From positions 146,630,001 through 146,694,000 of the forward strand of contig OX597814.1 in NCBI GenBank assembly GCA_951406725.2: a DNA stretch of 64,000 nucleotides. Reading direction: 5' to 3'. Made by a program: the position numbers and the translations under genes. Positions within the stretch are counted from its first letter, which is position 1. Each line of letters opens with the position of its first letter. Shown piece by piece: positions 1 to 13,248 of the stretch. Under the pieces are notes generated by a model. It made no database searches. It was not told the DNA's origin and worked only from the letters and a program-made list of their open reading frames with translations. This DNA is from Octopus vulgaris (lineage: Eukaryota).

Positions 1-1143
1 CCTTCTCCTTTTCCTTTCCAACACCATGAATCCCTCTTCCTTTGTTTTTTCTTCCATCTCCATCTATACCACCTGGTCCGCACTCTCCCGCTTTCAGCTT
101 TCTATACCTTATCTATAGGTTTAAAAATAACTTTGTCAAATAACTCTGTAGTTGAGTTCCTGAATCTTCCGTCAATTCACCTGTCATCTTCATACTTGCT
201 TCCTCCTTCTCTGACTCATTGTCACACACCTTAATTATTTGTCCACTTTCCTTTTCCGTCTCACTTTTATCATCTTTATTTCTCGTTACCTCTTTCTTTT
301 CCACCTCTTCTTTCTTCTTTTTTTGGTTAGTCGGTGGCGGGCTTACCCTACCGCTCCTCCTTCTTTTGTTTCCACTAGAGTGAATTCTTCTACAGCTATT
401 TTCTCATTATTCTCGACTGTCACTGACTGTGCGACATTTTCTTCAGTCTCTTCTGTTCTTTCCGTGAGCTATCTCGCCTTCATGTGTCCCTTTTCGCCAC
501 ATTCGAAACACACAGGCGGCCTGCCCCCCACCTTCATTCTTAGTGTAAAAGCGTCAGGTAGCACTATCTCCTCTGTTATTCTGTTCAAATCTTCTACTGT
601 TGCCTGGATTGTCAGCTCCAACCGGTAGCCCCAGTAGTCCAACTTGTTTGTTCTTCTGGCCTCGTTTTCCATGTTGTACAAAATGGCCTTCATTAGCCAT
701 GCCTCCTCCAGCTGAGGGGGTACCGGACCCATCCGAACACTCACCACGCGTTTGCCGCAATATGATGGCAGAAGAATCCATTCTTCTGAGCGGATTGCTT
801 CCGTAGCATGTGGCATATTTTCTGCCCCTTACTCTGAAGGTTATCACGTTTTTCATACTTTCTAACAACTTCTTAATCTCCTCCACATATACTATCTCGA
901 TTCTCCTTGTAGCAACCTTTATGGTCTTGTATGTCACTGTCTTTTTCATAACGCTGTTCATTAGTTCTTCGGGTGGTTCAACATTATCTTCTCGCCTTCC
1001 TTTTTAAGCAGCTTCTCGCTAGCCTTCATCTTCCTGGGATCGACTTTTATTTCAAAAGTCTCCAATGCTTCTTTCTCTGCTTCCCTACCAGTTGCAGCTG
1101 CATAGCTGTAGCCGCCCGGTGGCGCCTTCTCCATTTTTCTCAA
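1..1143 (-). mobile_element. 5' part of a Tx1/L1-type non-LTR retrotransposon: frameshifted ORF1 (gag-like, CCHC zinc knuckle); the element continues left of the window
   Basis: Overlapping minus ORFs 961-1143, 554-961, 469-816 and 113-304 join into one protein. It starts MEKAPPGGYSYAAA, has ...VGGRPPVCFECGEKGHMKAR* (CX2CX4HX4C broken by a stop), then a Glu/Lys-rich tail ending EGFMVLERKRRR near position 1. Confidence 0.8.
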
Positions 1144-1358
1144 TGGAAAAAAAAATTAACTCAACAAATGTTAACGATATTAACAGCAGCAATAATCAAC
1201 AATAAATTCACGTTCTACTCACAAATATAACTCAACTTCAATAACTCAAAAAGAACAGTGACCTGCTTACCTCCAATTGCTGATAGTTCTTTATTTTAAA
1301 GCAAAGCGTTAGTCCAGGTTTAATCACATGGGGTTTGGTTGTTGGTTGGAATCCTTCC

Positions 1359-1425
<67 letters not shown>

Positions 1426-1878
1426 AACAAATCAGAAAAATGGAATTTGTTTTCGTATTCTTCATTCTCCATTAAACGTGTTACATGTGCTAATAGAAAT
1501 TACAAAGATTTACATTTATATAGAAATGTAAGGAATTGCTTGTAAGAAAATTTTCGAACGCAATTTTTTTATAATACAAAATTACATTTGGATGAAGCGT
1601 TTATTTTTAGATATTAATCGGGAGAAACACAAATAGCCCAAGTGAAGGAAAGAGAAAGATATATACACATATTTGTCCAGATATACACATATATACACAA
1701 GCACATAAATACACAATGCATATGTTCATATACACAAGCAAACATCTATACCTTTTCGTTCATAAATTGTATACACACGCAGAAATACATACATAAAAAC
1801 ATAAATGCATATATATGCACACATAGACATATTTGTTTGTGTGCGTGCTTGTGCGTATTTACACAGGCATATATATAT

Positions 1879-2285
1879 AGGAGTGGCTGTGTGGTAAGTA
1901 GCTTGTTTACCAACCACATGGTTCCGGGTTCAGTCCCACTGCGTGGCACCTTGGGCAAGTGTCTTCTACTATAGCCTCGGGCCGACCAAAGCCTTGTGAG
2001 TGGATTTGGTAGACGGAAACTGAAAGAAGCCCGTCGTATATATGTACATATATATATATGCGTGCGTGTGTTTGTGTGTCTGTGTTTGTCCCCCTAGCAT
2101 TGCTTGACAACCGATGCTGGTGTGTTTATGTCCCCGTTACTTAGCGGTTCGGCAAAAGAGACCGATAGAATAAGTACTGGGTTTACAAAAGAATAAGTCC
2201 CGAGGTCGATTTGCTCGATTAAAAAGGCGGTGCTCCAGCATGGCCGCAGTCAAATGACTGAAACAAGAAAAAGAGAGTAAAGAGT
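1879..2285 (+). mobile_element. tRNA-derived SINE, family A
   Basis: A box TGGCTGTGTGG, B box GGTTCAGTCCC, CORE-like CCTTGGGCAAGTGTCTT, internal (TA)/(TG) tract, tail CCAGCATGGCCGCAGTCAAATGACTGAAAC + (AAGAGT)n. Near-identical copies at 18815, 29630 and 61051. Confidence 0.9.
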
Positions 2286-2425
2286 ATATTAAAAACAGGG
2301 TAAATTTATATTAAGAACAGAAAGAAGAAAACTGTTAAGAACACTAACATATACGTACTTTTTCTTTCTTTTATTGTTTACGTTATCAAAGTATTTTGCG
2401 TTATGCTCATTGTGTATGTATTTGC

Positions 2426-2477
<52 letters not shown>

Positions 2478-2486
2478 CTGTGTGTG

Positions 2487-3150
2487 TGTATTGTTAAACA
2501 AAATGAGACAACAAAGCAGAGTTTATGTGCCATTTTCAGGACATTTATAAAGAGAAAGTTAGTCGTACAGTTGTTTCTGGGATATTAGAGATATCCCTTC
2601 ACCAGAGACGATGTGGAATGATTAAATAAAGCGAAATAGTAGAGATGAATATACGGAGTAATTTTGGAAAAGGATGAAAATAAGAAGTATAAAGGGAGAT
2701 AAGAGAATAAAAATAAAAATATATATATATATATGTAGCATGTTACAGTTGCTGTTCCTTTATCCAAGGAAATCGGTAGGAAGGCGCCTTGTCTATGGTA
2801 TGTAAATAAGAGTTCATATATTCTCCTTACAAATGGAAAGTATGGAGACGTACCTTAAACAAGAAACATTTCTACCACTTCTACACATCACTTTCCTTGG
2901 ATAATAGAACTGCAACTATAAGATCCCACATATATATAAATTTTTACTACTATTTTTTATTTCCATCCTTTTCCAAAATAACTACTTATATTGAACTCTA
3001 CTATTTTCCTCTATTCAACCATCTCACATCGTCTCTGATGAAGTGGCATCCCTAATATAGAAGAAACAGCTGTAACTTTCTCTTTATAAATGTTCTGAAA
3101 TTTCCACACTGTCCTTGCGGCGTTGTCCCATTTTATTTCATATATACATT
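2487..3150. mobile_element. Fold-back Penelope-like pLTR remnant with a minimal hammerhead in each arm
   Basis: Arms about 2487-2772 and 2891-3150 are diverged reverse complements. Plus arm: CTGATGA (3035-3041)...GAAACAGCTGTA (3063-3074). Minus arm (2562-2609): CTGGTGA-A-GGGATAT-ctcta-ATATCCC-A-GAAACAACTGTA. Confidence 0.7.
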
Positions 3151-3289
3151 GTCATACAATACCTGCATTAGACTTCTCACTCCTATTATTATCGAACCGA
3201 GAGTTTAACTACGGCCATAGCACTTGCATAGCATTAACTGCCACCCTGGGTCTTCTGGATACCGATAATTATATATATATATACATACA

Positions 3290-3910
3290 TACTAGAGAGT
3301 CAAAAATTATACGCGCTCTTGTTTTTTCAATGTATTTACACAAAAGCAGGGAATAAACAAGTACATCATTTTTATTTACAGTCTTCTTCCTTTCCGATGC
3401 ACTTTGGTGCAGCGATCGAAAGTGCATCGAAAGAGATGGTAGTTGGAATTCCAAAGGGATGATAGTTGGAAGTGGCGAATTCTGGGTTCTAGGGAGGGTG
3501 TTCCGGTATCTGAAAATTCAATTTGTTACTGGTCTCAACGGTTTGAGAGGCCGTATGTGGGCCTGTATTGTCGTGCAAAAATGATATTTTCTTCGACAAT
3601 ATGCTTCGGCGTTTGGTGCGAATTGCAGGGTTCAGTTTGTTGGCCAGGAAAGCACTGCATCTTGCCCTGTTGATTCTACACAGCTTTTCCAGAGAAATCA
3701 GATCACTTCTCTTCGTTCTTCTTTGGCGCTTATTGCTAGTGAAGCGGCCATGCTTACACTGTAAAACCAGAAAGGAAAATGGTGCAATCAGGCTTAAACT
3801 TCTATCACCACACTAGTACCAGCTATAAGTACGCACGTGCAGAAGACAGTGTGACAATGATAAAGATACGTTATGGTGTAAGTGCTGATAATTTTCCCCT
3901 TACCCCAGTA
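3290..3910 (-). mobile_element. Internally deleted mariner (DD34D-type) element
   Basis: Degenerate TIRs TACTAGAGAGTCAAAAATTATACGC and GTGCTGATAATTTTCCCCTTACCCCAGTA. Minus strand reads ...ISFLHDNTGPHTASQTVET...IPEHPP*NPEFATSNYHPFG, matching mariner HDNARPH and HPPYSPDLAPSDYHLF. Confidence 0.85.
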
Positions 3911-6699
3911 CATAGACAGAGTTAGAAAGTGAAGGCGGGTGAGAAAGAGAGAGAAAGTGATAGGTAGAGAGAGAAAAATGTGCATGGATGGCTGGATATC
4001 AGTTTTGGGATACTGTGAAGGTAGGTATAAACATCAAAACGTTTTCCTTTGAATGTTTGTACGCGGCAAGATAAATGCAAACAGTTTTCAATTAACTACG
4101 TCTGAGCGCGAACATAGAAGGTCATAGTGATTCAGAAATTATGTAAGCAGTGACGAAATAATTAATAGAGAAATGTAACATTAATGATAGCTGTTATGTC
4201 CACGCATCCATTACACATTGATATTTGGTATTTGTTCGATCAAATGGTGATTTGTTTTAATCGTTAATTTGTTAGTGTTTGATACAAAGTTAATAAGTGA
4301 AAACATTCCACCATTGTGGAGTATATAGAACCAGTAATTTACCCAAACATGCATCGATGAAAGTGAACAAATATATATCAAGCTCATCGATATAGTACAT
4401 ATTTATATACGATTGAGAGCCGTGAAAGTCGTGCAGAAGCTTATTAATGATGTAAAGGTGTGGTATGGTAGCGTAAATTTAAAAACAGCGTTGTCATTAA
4501 GTGACACAGGACATAATTTAATACATTTGCTCAATATTTGAATATATAATTGCTATTATTAATATTATATCTCCCAAACTGTGAATTAAATGTATATCCA
4601 ATATGCCCTACATGTCTCAATACATTTCTTTTTTTCATATTGTTCATTACATAATCGAGTGTAATTTTCGTAAATTTTGTTATCGCCAGTCAATACTATG
4701 TTCAATAGAAATGTGCTGCATAATTGATATACAACTAAATTGAATAAAACCAATTTCCTCATAACAATGAAATAATCATTCTGCTTTTGTCATTATTGAA
4801 TAATTTTTAATACCGCCTGGCATCGGTTTATCTGAGATACCACTCTGAACTTTCAAGCAGTGAATAAATTATTGAACTGGAAAATAACCTGTGGCATGAT
4901 GCAAACAATACTTCCATATAAGACCAACATCCAAAATATAATATATTATAAATATCTTGTAATTAAACAAAAAAAGTAAACACGATATTTCATACGTAAA
5001 AAGGATATGATATAAATGGATTTATGATTTTCGAAAGCGCATTACCAGAATAATTAACGTGGGAGATTTTCAACAAGTAATTGTCATTGGCTCTTGAATA
5101 AACTGATAAGAGTTTGCTGATAACTGTCGTCTAATTATGTGATTTATTTCTTCTGGAAGGTTGACATCACTATTTATTATATTTAAAATTTAATTGGATT
5201 TATTTAAATGCACATAAATACTTCCTATTTCTCTAGGATGATAAATCTAAATCTGTTTCATAAAATTTGTTGTATTTCTAGCTGTCTGGTAAGAGTTATA
5301 TAGCGCTAACCTGGAACTGTAAGCGTATCATAACATCGGATCGATTGCTCTCTTTCGCAGCATACCGCAGATATTACCAAAGAAAAAAAAAGGTGAAATT
5401 CCGCAGAAATGGAGATAATACGAATTATACTATTTACGTTCCTTGTTTTGCCTCTTTTCTGTTGGAGTCGCCCTTTCACCATGGTCTTCTAGAGCCATAT
5501 AGCATATAAGAAATTTAGGATATAAGAAACTTAACAGATGTAAAGAAAATCGCACTAAATTGTTTTAGTAATTTATTTCACACTAACCTATCCACAATTA
5601 AATCATAATGATATCGTATTCAATGACGTTCTTCCGAATCAAGAAAATATATATTCATTAGTAGCATGTAATCCACATATAACTCACACAAAGGCCTTGC
5701 GATTTACCACTATATAGGATTCCATATTATGCGTATATAAATAAAATGAAATTTGAACGTATATTACAAGTCTACACGGAGGCAATAAGAAGGCCTTCCC
5801 TATCTAAGCGCGACTCGAACATGCCTTTGTTATTTTTTGCTAAACATCTCTCTCGTTTATAGTTTAGAAGACAAAATGGAAGCTTTTTTCCATAAAATAA
5901 AGCCTGATAATTGGAATCCATGGAAGAAATACAGTTCATTCCAAAACGATCTGAATCATAAATTTAATGACCTTGATGTCACAAGAAGCATTTGCTATAA
6001 ATACTCACTTATCACCAGAGTTGGGCTTCCCTATCTTTAAATAATTCTCCTGCCAAAGGAAAGTCGTTAAGTTATATAAGACTTTTTCCCAACAAATGAT
6101 CACTTCTTCAATGATGACAGCTATGTCGCCCACCTACAGCTATAGAGATATTTTAAACCTAATTTGAAATATAAAACCGAGTGTTACCACCCACTTCTTG
6201 TATGATGTTGCTAATGCTGTTCATACAAATATCCAAGATGTAACCAGCAAAAAATATCAGGCTTACTAGCTGAGTATGCCTAATAAAATACGCGAAAATC
6301 GTTCCTTTCACCAGATCGAATAACTAAAAGTTCGCATAACAATAATACGCATGATTCAACATACAGAAATGATACATACATACGCTCCGTCAACATCGGA
6401 CGTGCATGTGAAGTAGACTGTTTAAGAAGTCTGTTTTCAGCGCCTTCGTCTAGCAATATGCAGACTTCTGCCAAAATTGGTAAACGGCTTATTTCTCCAA
6501 ATAAGTAATTTTATTCACCAACGTAGCGTTATCGTGAGCAGATTTCAAAATATACATCTACACCACGTGAAATTTCGCTAACACTGTTATGGCTGAAACT
6601 AACTCCACCACAGATGAAGCTAATAACGTCACCACCAATGAAAACTATTTCACCAGTAAGCTATTGAAGAAGACTAAGTACTCTTCTCATTTTACCATA

Positions 6700-6895
6700 C
6701 GTACTTAAAGCAAAATATACAAATCTGCACATATACATATATACATGCATACATACACACATACAAAAATACCCTGTTGTTGATGTCGAAAATCCAATGG
6801 AGAACCTTTGGATCAAGGTTAGAAACTGACTCTTTTCCTATTGGCAAGAAGTCTTGAAATAAAACTGAACAATGACATACATACATACATTCTTG
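6700..6895 (+). mobile_element. 3' UTR fragment of R4/Dong-like RLE LINE ending in (CATA)n
   Basis: Homologous to the reverse complement of 32263-32385 and 32930-32990, the 3' UTR of the RLE-coding copy. Confidence 0.65.
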
Positions 6896-7247
6896 CATAC
6901 ATATAAATTGATTCGGCAGCGATTTTAGATTTACACATTTCGATCAACTTTCGATCGAACTCGACAGCGAAAGACTCTAACTAGCAAATCATTATCATTT
7001 GTTGCCTTACATAAGATGCTACTGTATATTTTCAAGAAAATTGAGCTGGTATTTTTTGTATGTCGTTTTGCTTTTGACAGTGACATACCCTCAACCGAAT
7101 CTCTTATGATGCACTACCACCCGTATTGGAGCATTGCTTGGAGTATATCAAGAAATGCCTTGCTGTCCCATACTTTTTATAATTGACCTAAAACAAGATA
7201 TTTTTAACGATATGAATATCTAATAGTCATTATTTGTGTAAACATTT

Positions 7248-7449
7248 TGGCACAATGCCAGCAATTTTCGGAGTGGATCAATGTCGATTACATCGACCCA
7301 ATGCTAAGTTGGTACTAATTTTATCGGTCTTGAAAGGATGAAAGGCAAAGTCAATCCAGACGGAGTTTTAACTCAGACATTACATACGGACGAAATTCTG
7401 ATGAGCATTTTCCCCGGCTCCCTAACGGTTCTTCCAGCTCTCCGCCTTA
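7248..7449 (-). mobile_element. tRNA-derived SINE, family D (degenerate)
   Basis: Minus strand TAAGGCGGAGAGCTGG...TCTGAGTTAAAACTCC...GACTTTGCCTTTCATCCTTTC...GATAAAATTAGTACC; related copies at 7858, 48368 and 60855. Confidence 0.75.
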
Positions 7450-7857
7450 TCTAATACTCATTACTATGTCAAAAAAATACACATGCTTGAGATTTACTTT
7501 CTGTTGTAGGCTGTACAATCAGGATTAAGATAAAGTTAAATATCACCTACAGGCTTTCAAATACGTGACAAAAATATCATGATGATATTTCTGCTACAAC
7601 AAATATCATAAAAGTCGAAAGACAGTTTCATTGAAATAGCTTAAGACATCATTTTACACACATGTCATTGAATTTTTCCACTCCTTTCGGAAATTAATTT
7701 TACTCACCTCAATAAGCCACTGGCAAATAACCGAAACCTCTTAATATTCAACGTGTAACTTTAAGTGGTTCTCACAGGAAAATTACTTATACTACCAGTC
7801 TGTGACTGCATGTAAATTACGTGTAACTGACTTTCTTGCTCTGGCAAATTTATAATG

Positions 7858-8053
7858 CTTTCTATTATAGGCATGAGGCCTGAAACTTTCTGGGTAGGCG
7901 AGCAGCCATTTACCTCATCTTCAGTACTCGACTGGTAATTATTCCATCAATCCAGAAAAACCACTGCACAATTTCAACTCAGATCATAAAGTCATGTGAT
8001 ATGCCGCTAAGAATTTTGCAAGGTGTGTTAACGATTCTGCCAGCTAGCCGCCT
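7858..8053 (-). mobile_element. SINE family D, degenerate and deleted copy
   Basis: Minus strand TAGGCGGCTAGCTGGCAGAATCGTTAAC...TCTGAGTTGAAATT; aligns by eye with 7248-7449. Confidence 0.65.
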
Positions 8054-11000
8054 ATACAATAATAATATAAATGACCCAGCATAATTACCGATACTGGATG
8101 TTGCTGGCTTACACGCCATTAATTTCATCTGATATCCGCAGTAAGGTAAATTATTTCATGTAAACTATTTCCTAAAATACTGTCTCTGTTGTACTGGCAC
8201 AACGACTGAAGTGTCGTAAACAACTGCACTGCTTTAGTTTCGGCACTGCTTTAGCTTAAATAACATCAATATCTTTTACTTTCTTTCTTTCAAGTTTGAT
8301 GAAAATAAAGTAACCACCAAACACTTTGGTTGATATAGAACGTAGTTCTCTCACACAAAATTTGAAATATTATATGTGCAATAAATAAAAGTGAATATTT
8401 TTTGAAAATCTTTGGATTATTGCAGAATTGTTCCGTTGCAACATTTTAAACAGTACTATTTTAAACAGTAATATCCGTCAAAATTTACAATATTATGCTT
8501 GGGATATACCGAAATGAACATTTTCACATTAATTTATATAACCAGGACGTACTAGTGGTCTGCAGTATCCAGCAAAAGTGGAGATTATAATTTTCAGTGA
8601 AAGGTATTACAATATTCTACGGAATATAATACCTTTGTCTGTACACGTATCTACCTACCTACCTACCTACCTACCTACCTACATACATACATACATACAT
8701 ACATACATACATACCTATCTACATACCTACATACATACATATGTAGCTTTATATATTTCCCTTTCAAATATAGGAATATTATGTTTAAATTTTGAAGATT
8801 ATCAAACTCTATAGGATAATATTTTTCCTACAATGACATATTGTTTTACATATGGTACGGATTCTGATAATTGTAAACAGAATTTCTATAATCTAACACA
8901 TACAAAATTTTCTTCATAATGTTTTGATACTTTCCAAATAGACAATTTTGGTTCTGGTGGTTTGAGACACTGTTGGAAATATTCAACTAATTATATGCAG
9001 TGAAATAATGATATGCGAGGTGGGCATTTATGTCTGTATTATTTACTTAAAAATATTTTACATTGAATGACATTTTGGAAATAATATTTGAATAAAAAGA
9101 AAATTATACTTCGCTTTATACACATTTTAGGCATTTAATGGTTCCGTTTATCTTTTAGTGGATAGGAACAGGTGAGAATAGAATTATATTGCACTAATAT
9201 GTTTAGAATAACTTTTATGTTATCCAGTTACGAATTATAATTCCTAATAATTATACATAATCGGATTTGGTTGGTAGAACACTAATGTAAACTTTATATG
9301 AAAGCTTTGAACGTAGAATTATTATTAAATCATGAAAAATATTTTCTCCTATATTATTGCTACTAAACCATTTCTAGCTGGTAAATATGTTCATTTAGTC
9401 AAAATTCGTTTCATCGGCGCGATTGTATATAGCTATCTCTTTGAAATATATCATAAAACGCTTCCATTTTCCTGTAACATATTTTTATTTAAAATTTATT
9501 TATGATCGAGAGGGGATATACAAAAATATAGTGCGCCAAATAAAGTACTTTGCGGTTGTTTATACACACGAACATGCCAGAGTAAATTACATGTGATATG
9601 TATTTATGTCATTTAATAATATCTAGACTGGCTGAAATTCTATTCCATCAATTTGCATCTTCGATAAACTACGTATCTATTAAATATCAGGAATCGATTT
9701 AATTGAATTCATTCCAAATTTGGAGCCATTGCTAATACATCATAATTCAGTGGTAAAAATGCTGCAATACATTTTTCTCTCGTCTATAACCATACATTTT
9801 CTTAAACACACTATAACGAAATATGAATATGTATTTGAATTATATATAACTTTACGCATTTATACTCATGATGCACTATGGAAAAGAATTACAGCCAAAA
9901 TTTGATATCTTGTGATAGCACATATACAGTAAGACTGCGTATTGACCAACTGCAACTAGAATTTGTTTCTAAAAATATGCTGTGTATCCTACGGCAAAGC
10001 GTAAGCATCTAGAAATGCGAGATATTCAAACAGAATTCAAATCACGGTTTAAGACAAGTTATTTGTATACGCCAATAATGCACATCAGAAATGCTTTGAA
10101 ACCCGGTGGTTATACATTTATGCTCCAGGTTATATCTAATTTCCTATCAGCACAAAGAAATCAATCACTTCCATAGAAGCTGCTGACGAATAGAAGAATA
10201 CCACTGCATAAAGTGTCCTACTTGCCGATTTTGATTTTGTGATTAATACAAGTCATTTGTTTACAGGACCTTAGGTAACATTTACCTATACACACTTTTT
10301 CTATAAAGATATTTATGCTATTGAAATGATTTAAATTAAGTTAATAACGGCGTGAATATAATCACCTGCTTATCTTGATAAGCAAAGCAAATAGAAACGT
10401 GAGTTAAACAAATATTAAAGCCTTCAATTCTCCACTAAAAAATCTAGACCCACTTACTGATTTTGTGCAATATCAATTCACCTGCTATAAATAATAGTAA
10501 ATTTGCATCCGAATCACATCCAATCAATGAATAAAAGGAGCAAAAGGTGACGTTGTTTCTTCAAAAACATCGAGCGTGAAGATATCATGGCTGGGATATT
10601 TGTGATCGTCGCCTCAATCAATTTTCACTTGAGGCTAGCCGTTAGCAACAAGAAATAACAACATTGGAAGTCGCCAAAGAAGAATTTTAATAAGCGATCA
10701 TGCCGCTAGTTATGATAACAAAATGCCATAAAAGTATGACGCACTGAACATGAAAACTCCTAATTTACAAAGCGTTCGTTTGATCATTGTTGAAAGGTTT
10801 ACCATCCCATGTCTACGCGATCAGAGCTGATCCTAAGCTATAACTTCATAACAGTGCACAATATCATTTGTTTCTCTTTATTTTCCGAGCTCAAATATCA
10901 CAGGAATGTATATCTGAAATATATCTGTCTGTTATCATTTACACTACTACACCGAAGTCAATTTTTAATCATCTGTTTCAGTCACCTCCAAATAATTCTG

Positions 11001-11583
11001 ATGGGGTATTCAGATTTAAAATGTCTCGTTTTGGCAATAATTCCTGTATTATATATGAGAAATACTATCTTTGTAACGTATAGGCTACCACAAAGTAATG
11101 GAATTATCATGGATCACTTACAATACCGTCTCAAATAAAAGCTGATACATAGTTACAATGCCACTTAACTTTTAGAAACTTGTTACTAGACAGCTTAATC
11201 TTGTCAAAGATTAACTAGCGAGAAACTCTAAGTCATAATTTTGTGGTGGACACATAACTATTTCATCTAAAGATTTTAACATTGATGTATACGAAGTGGA
11301 ACGTCGCGCAACTAGCAATATAATAGATATAAACAATTATCTAGATATAGATATATATTTATGAGTGTCTGTGTGTCTGTATGGATGTGCGTAAGGGGTT
11401 ACGTATGGCGCATTAGGATATGCCGTACGAACTTTAATAAAATATTTGGGTAATGAACGAAAATTCACAAATTTCTCAGTCTGCTTCACAATCTGTGTTT
11501 GTCGGAATCTTCTCCTCACCCTCGTTTCCTTTCGATACTTACGCACACATGTCCATATATTTCGCGCACACAGAACCCACAAA

Positions 11584-11628
<45 letters not shown>

Positions 11629-11706
11629 GTATAAATACATACATGTATATATGTATACATACACACATATATATATTATACACATACATATACACATATT
11701 TATATA

Positions 11707-11743
<37 letters not shown>

Positions 11744-11747
11744 ACAT

Positions 11748-11807
<60 letters not shown>

Positions 11808-12519
11808 GCATACATACATACATACATAGAATGATCTTGTGTGAGAGCGCTGAGTGTCAGAGCCCTGCCTCTCAAAGGCTCTAGTCTATATAACTACCCT
11901 TTTAATGTCGCGTATCATCACAAGACACTTTATGGCCGTAACGGTAAATGCCCTGAATGGAGTATATAGACAACACATGCCTTCCCTTATCTGTAGCGAT
12001 GGGTACATTTTACCCCCTGGCCCCTATACTTGTCAAGCCCCTGGGAAATTTGAAATGATTTAACCAGCATCAAATTGAGTATATTTGACGGAAACCCTCC
12101 TTACTGATCTAGAGCGGGTAACTCAAAGTCAATCATGAGAGACTGGCCATGCTCCACCAACTCCACGAAAACGCAGTGTCCATTAATCGGAAGAACGAAA
12201 CTATTATTGCAAGCGATTGTCAGGATATGTCACTCTAGAAATAACAGGCCTTCCACATAAGGCAGGGTAGCATAATCCCATTTTCCAGTATAGAGTAATG
12301 CCTACCGGTATTAATCACGCGAGATCACTTGTAAACTAATACTCCCAAAACTTCACATAAAGCTGCAATCGCAAAAAAGTTCACATTTCATAGAATACTG
12401 ATGACGGAACGACTGATACGCACTAAAGTGTTGCTTATCATATCAAGTGTGGTACTCAATATAAGGATGCCAATTCGTTTAATATACCGTGCCGCATCAT
12501 ATCGACATTGGCCCAGTAA

Positions 12520-12815
12520 AATGGGTGAAGACTCCCTTCGGTCATGAATGACGATGGGCTTGCATCTAGAAAGTCCAGGAAATGTTGTATAAAGAAGACT
12601 AGTAGTCGCCCATGCATATCGGACACCCCTCTCCACACCACCGATGTTATCCGAGCAAAGACCGATACAGCTTCGCACCAATGACGTCGAAACTCATTTC
12701 TACAGCTGAGTGAACTGGAGCAACGTGAAATAAATTGCCTTGCTCAAGAACACAACAAACATCCCGGTGCAGGAATGAAAATCACTATCTCATGATTGTG
12801 TGCCCAACGCTCCCC
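12520..12815 (-). mobile_element. CORE-type tRNA SINE, family C
   Basis: Minus strand tRNA-like head, then TGTGTTCTTGAGCAAGGCAATTTATTTCACGTTGCTCCAGTTCACTCAGCTGTAGAAATGAG (CORE-like), then a distinct tail ending ...TCATGACCGAAGGGAGTCTTCAC. Confidence 0.65.
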
Positions 12816-13179
12816 AATGTCCTGGAGAGGAACGTGAACTTCAATGTAAACAAAATTTCACTGTTTAACTAACATGTGACCTGGGTTGATCGATAGAGAC
12901 TTATATACGTAGGAGCTATTTTGAATTTCTTTTAGATTTGTCACACTGTGTCCGAATACTTGAAAAGGGTGTGGCATACGCCCGCGAAACTATACATCGC
13001 TTGGAAATGAGTCAAACTGTTTTCTAATTCAAGAGGTTCCAGGGTTAATTTGTTTCGTTTGTCTACTCTTTACTACGTCGTATGTTTCTATATATGTGAA
13101 TACATGCATACACTCACACACACATACACACATACACACGCACACACACATTAGTGTGAATGTATATATGTATGTATAA

Positions 13180-13210
<31 letters not shown>

Positions 13211-13214
13211 TATA

Positions 13215-13247
<33 letters not shown>

Positions 13248-13248
<1 letters not shown>

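Noticed and set aside
12395-12430. Lone CTGATGA/CTGACGA hits (12398, also near 10183, 14573 and 26481)
   Set aside because: No properly placed GAAA or stems; expected by chance.
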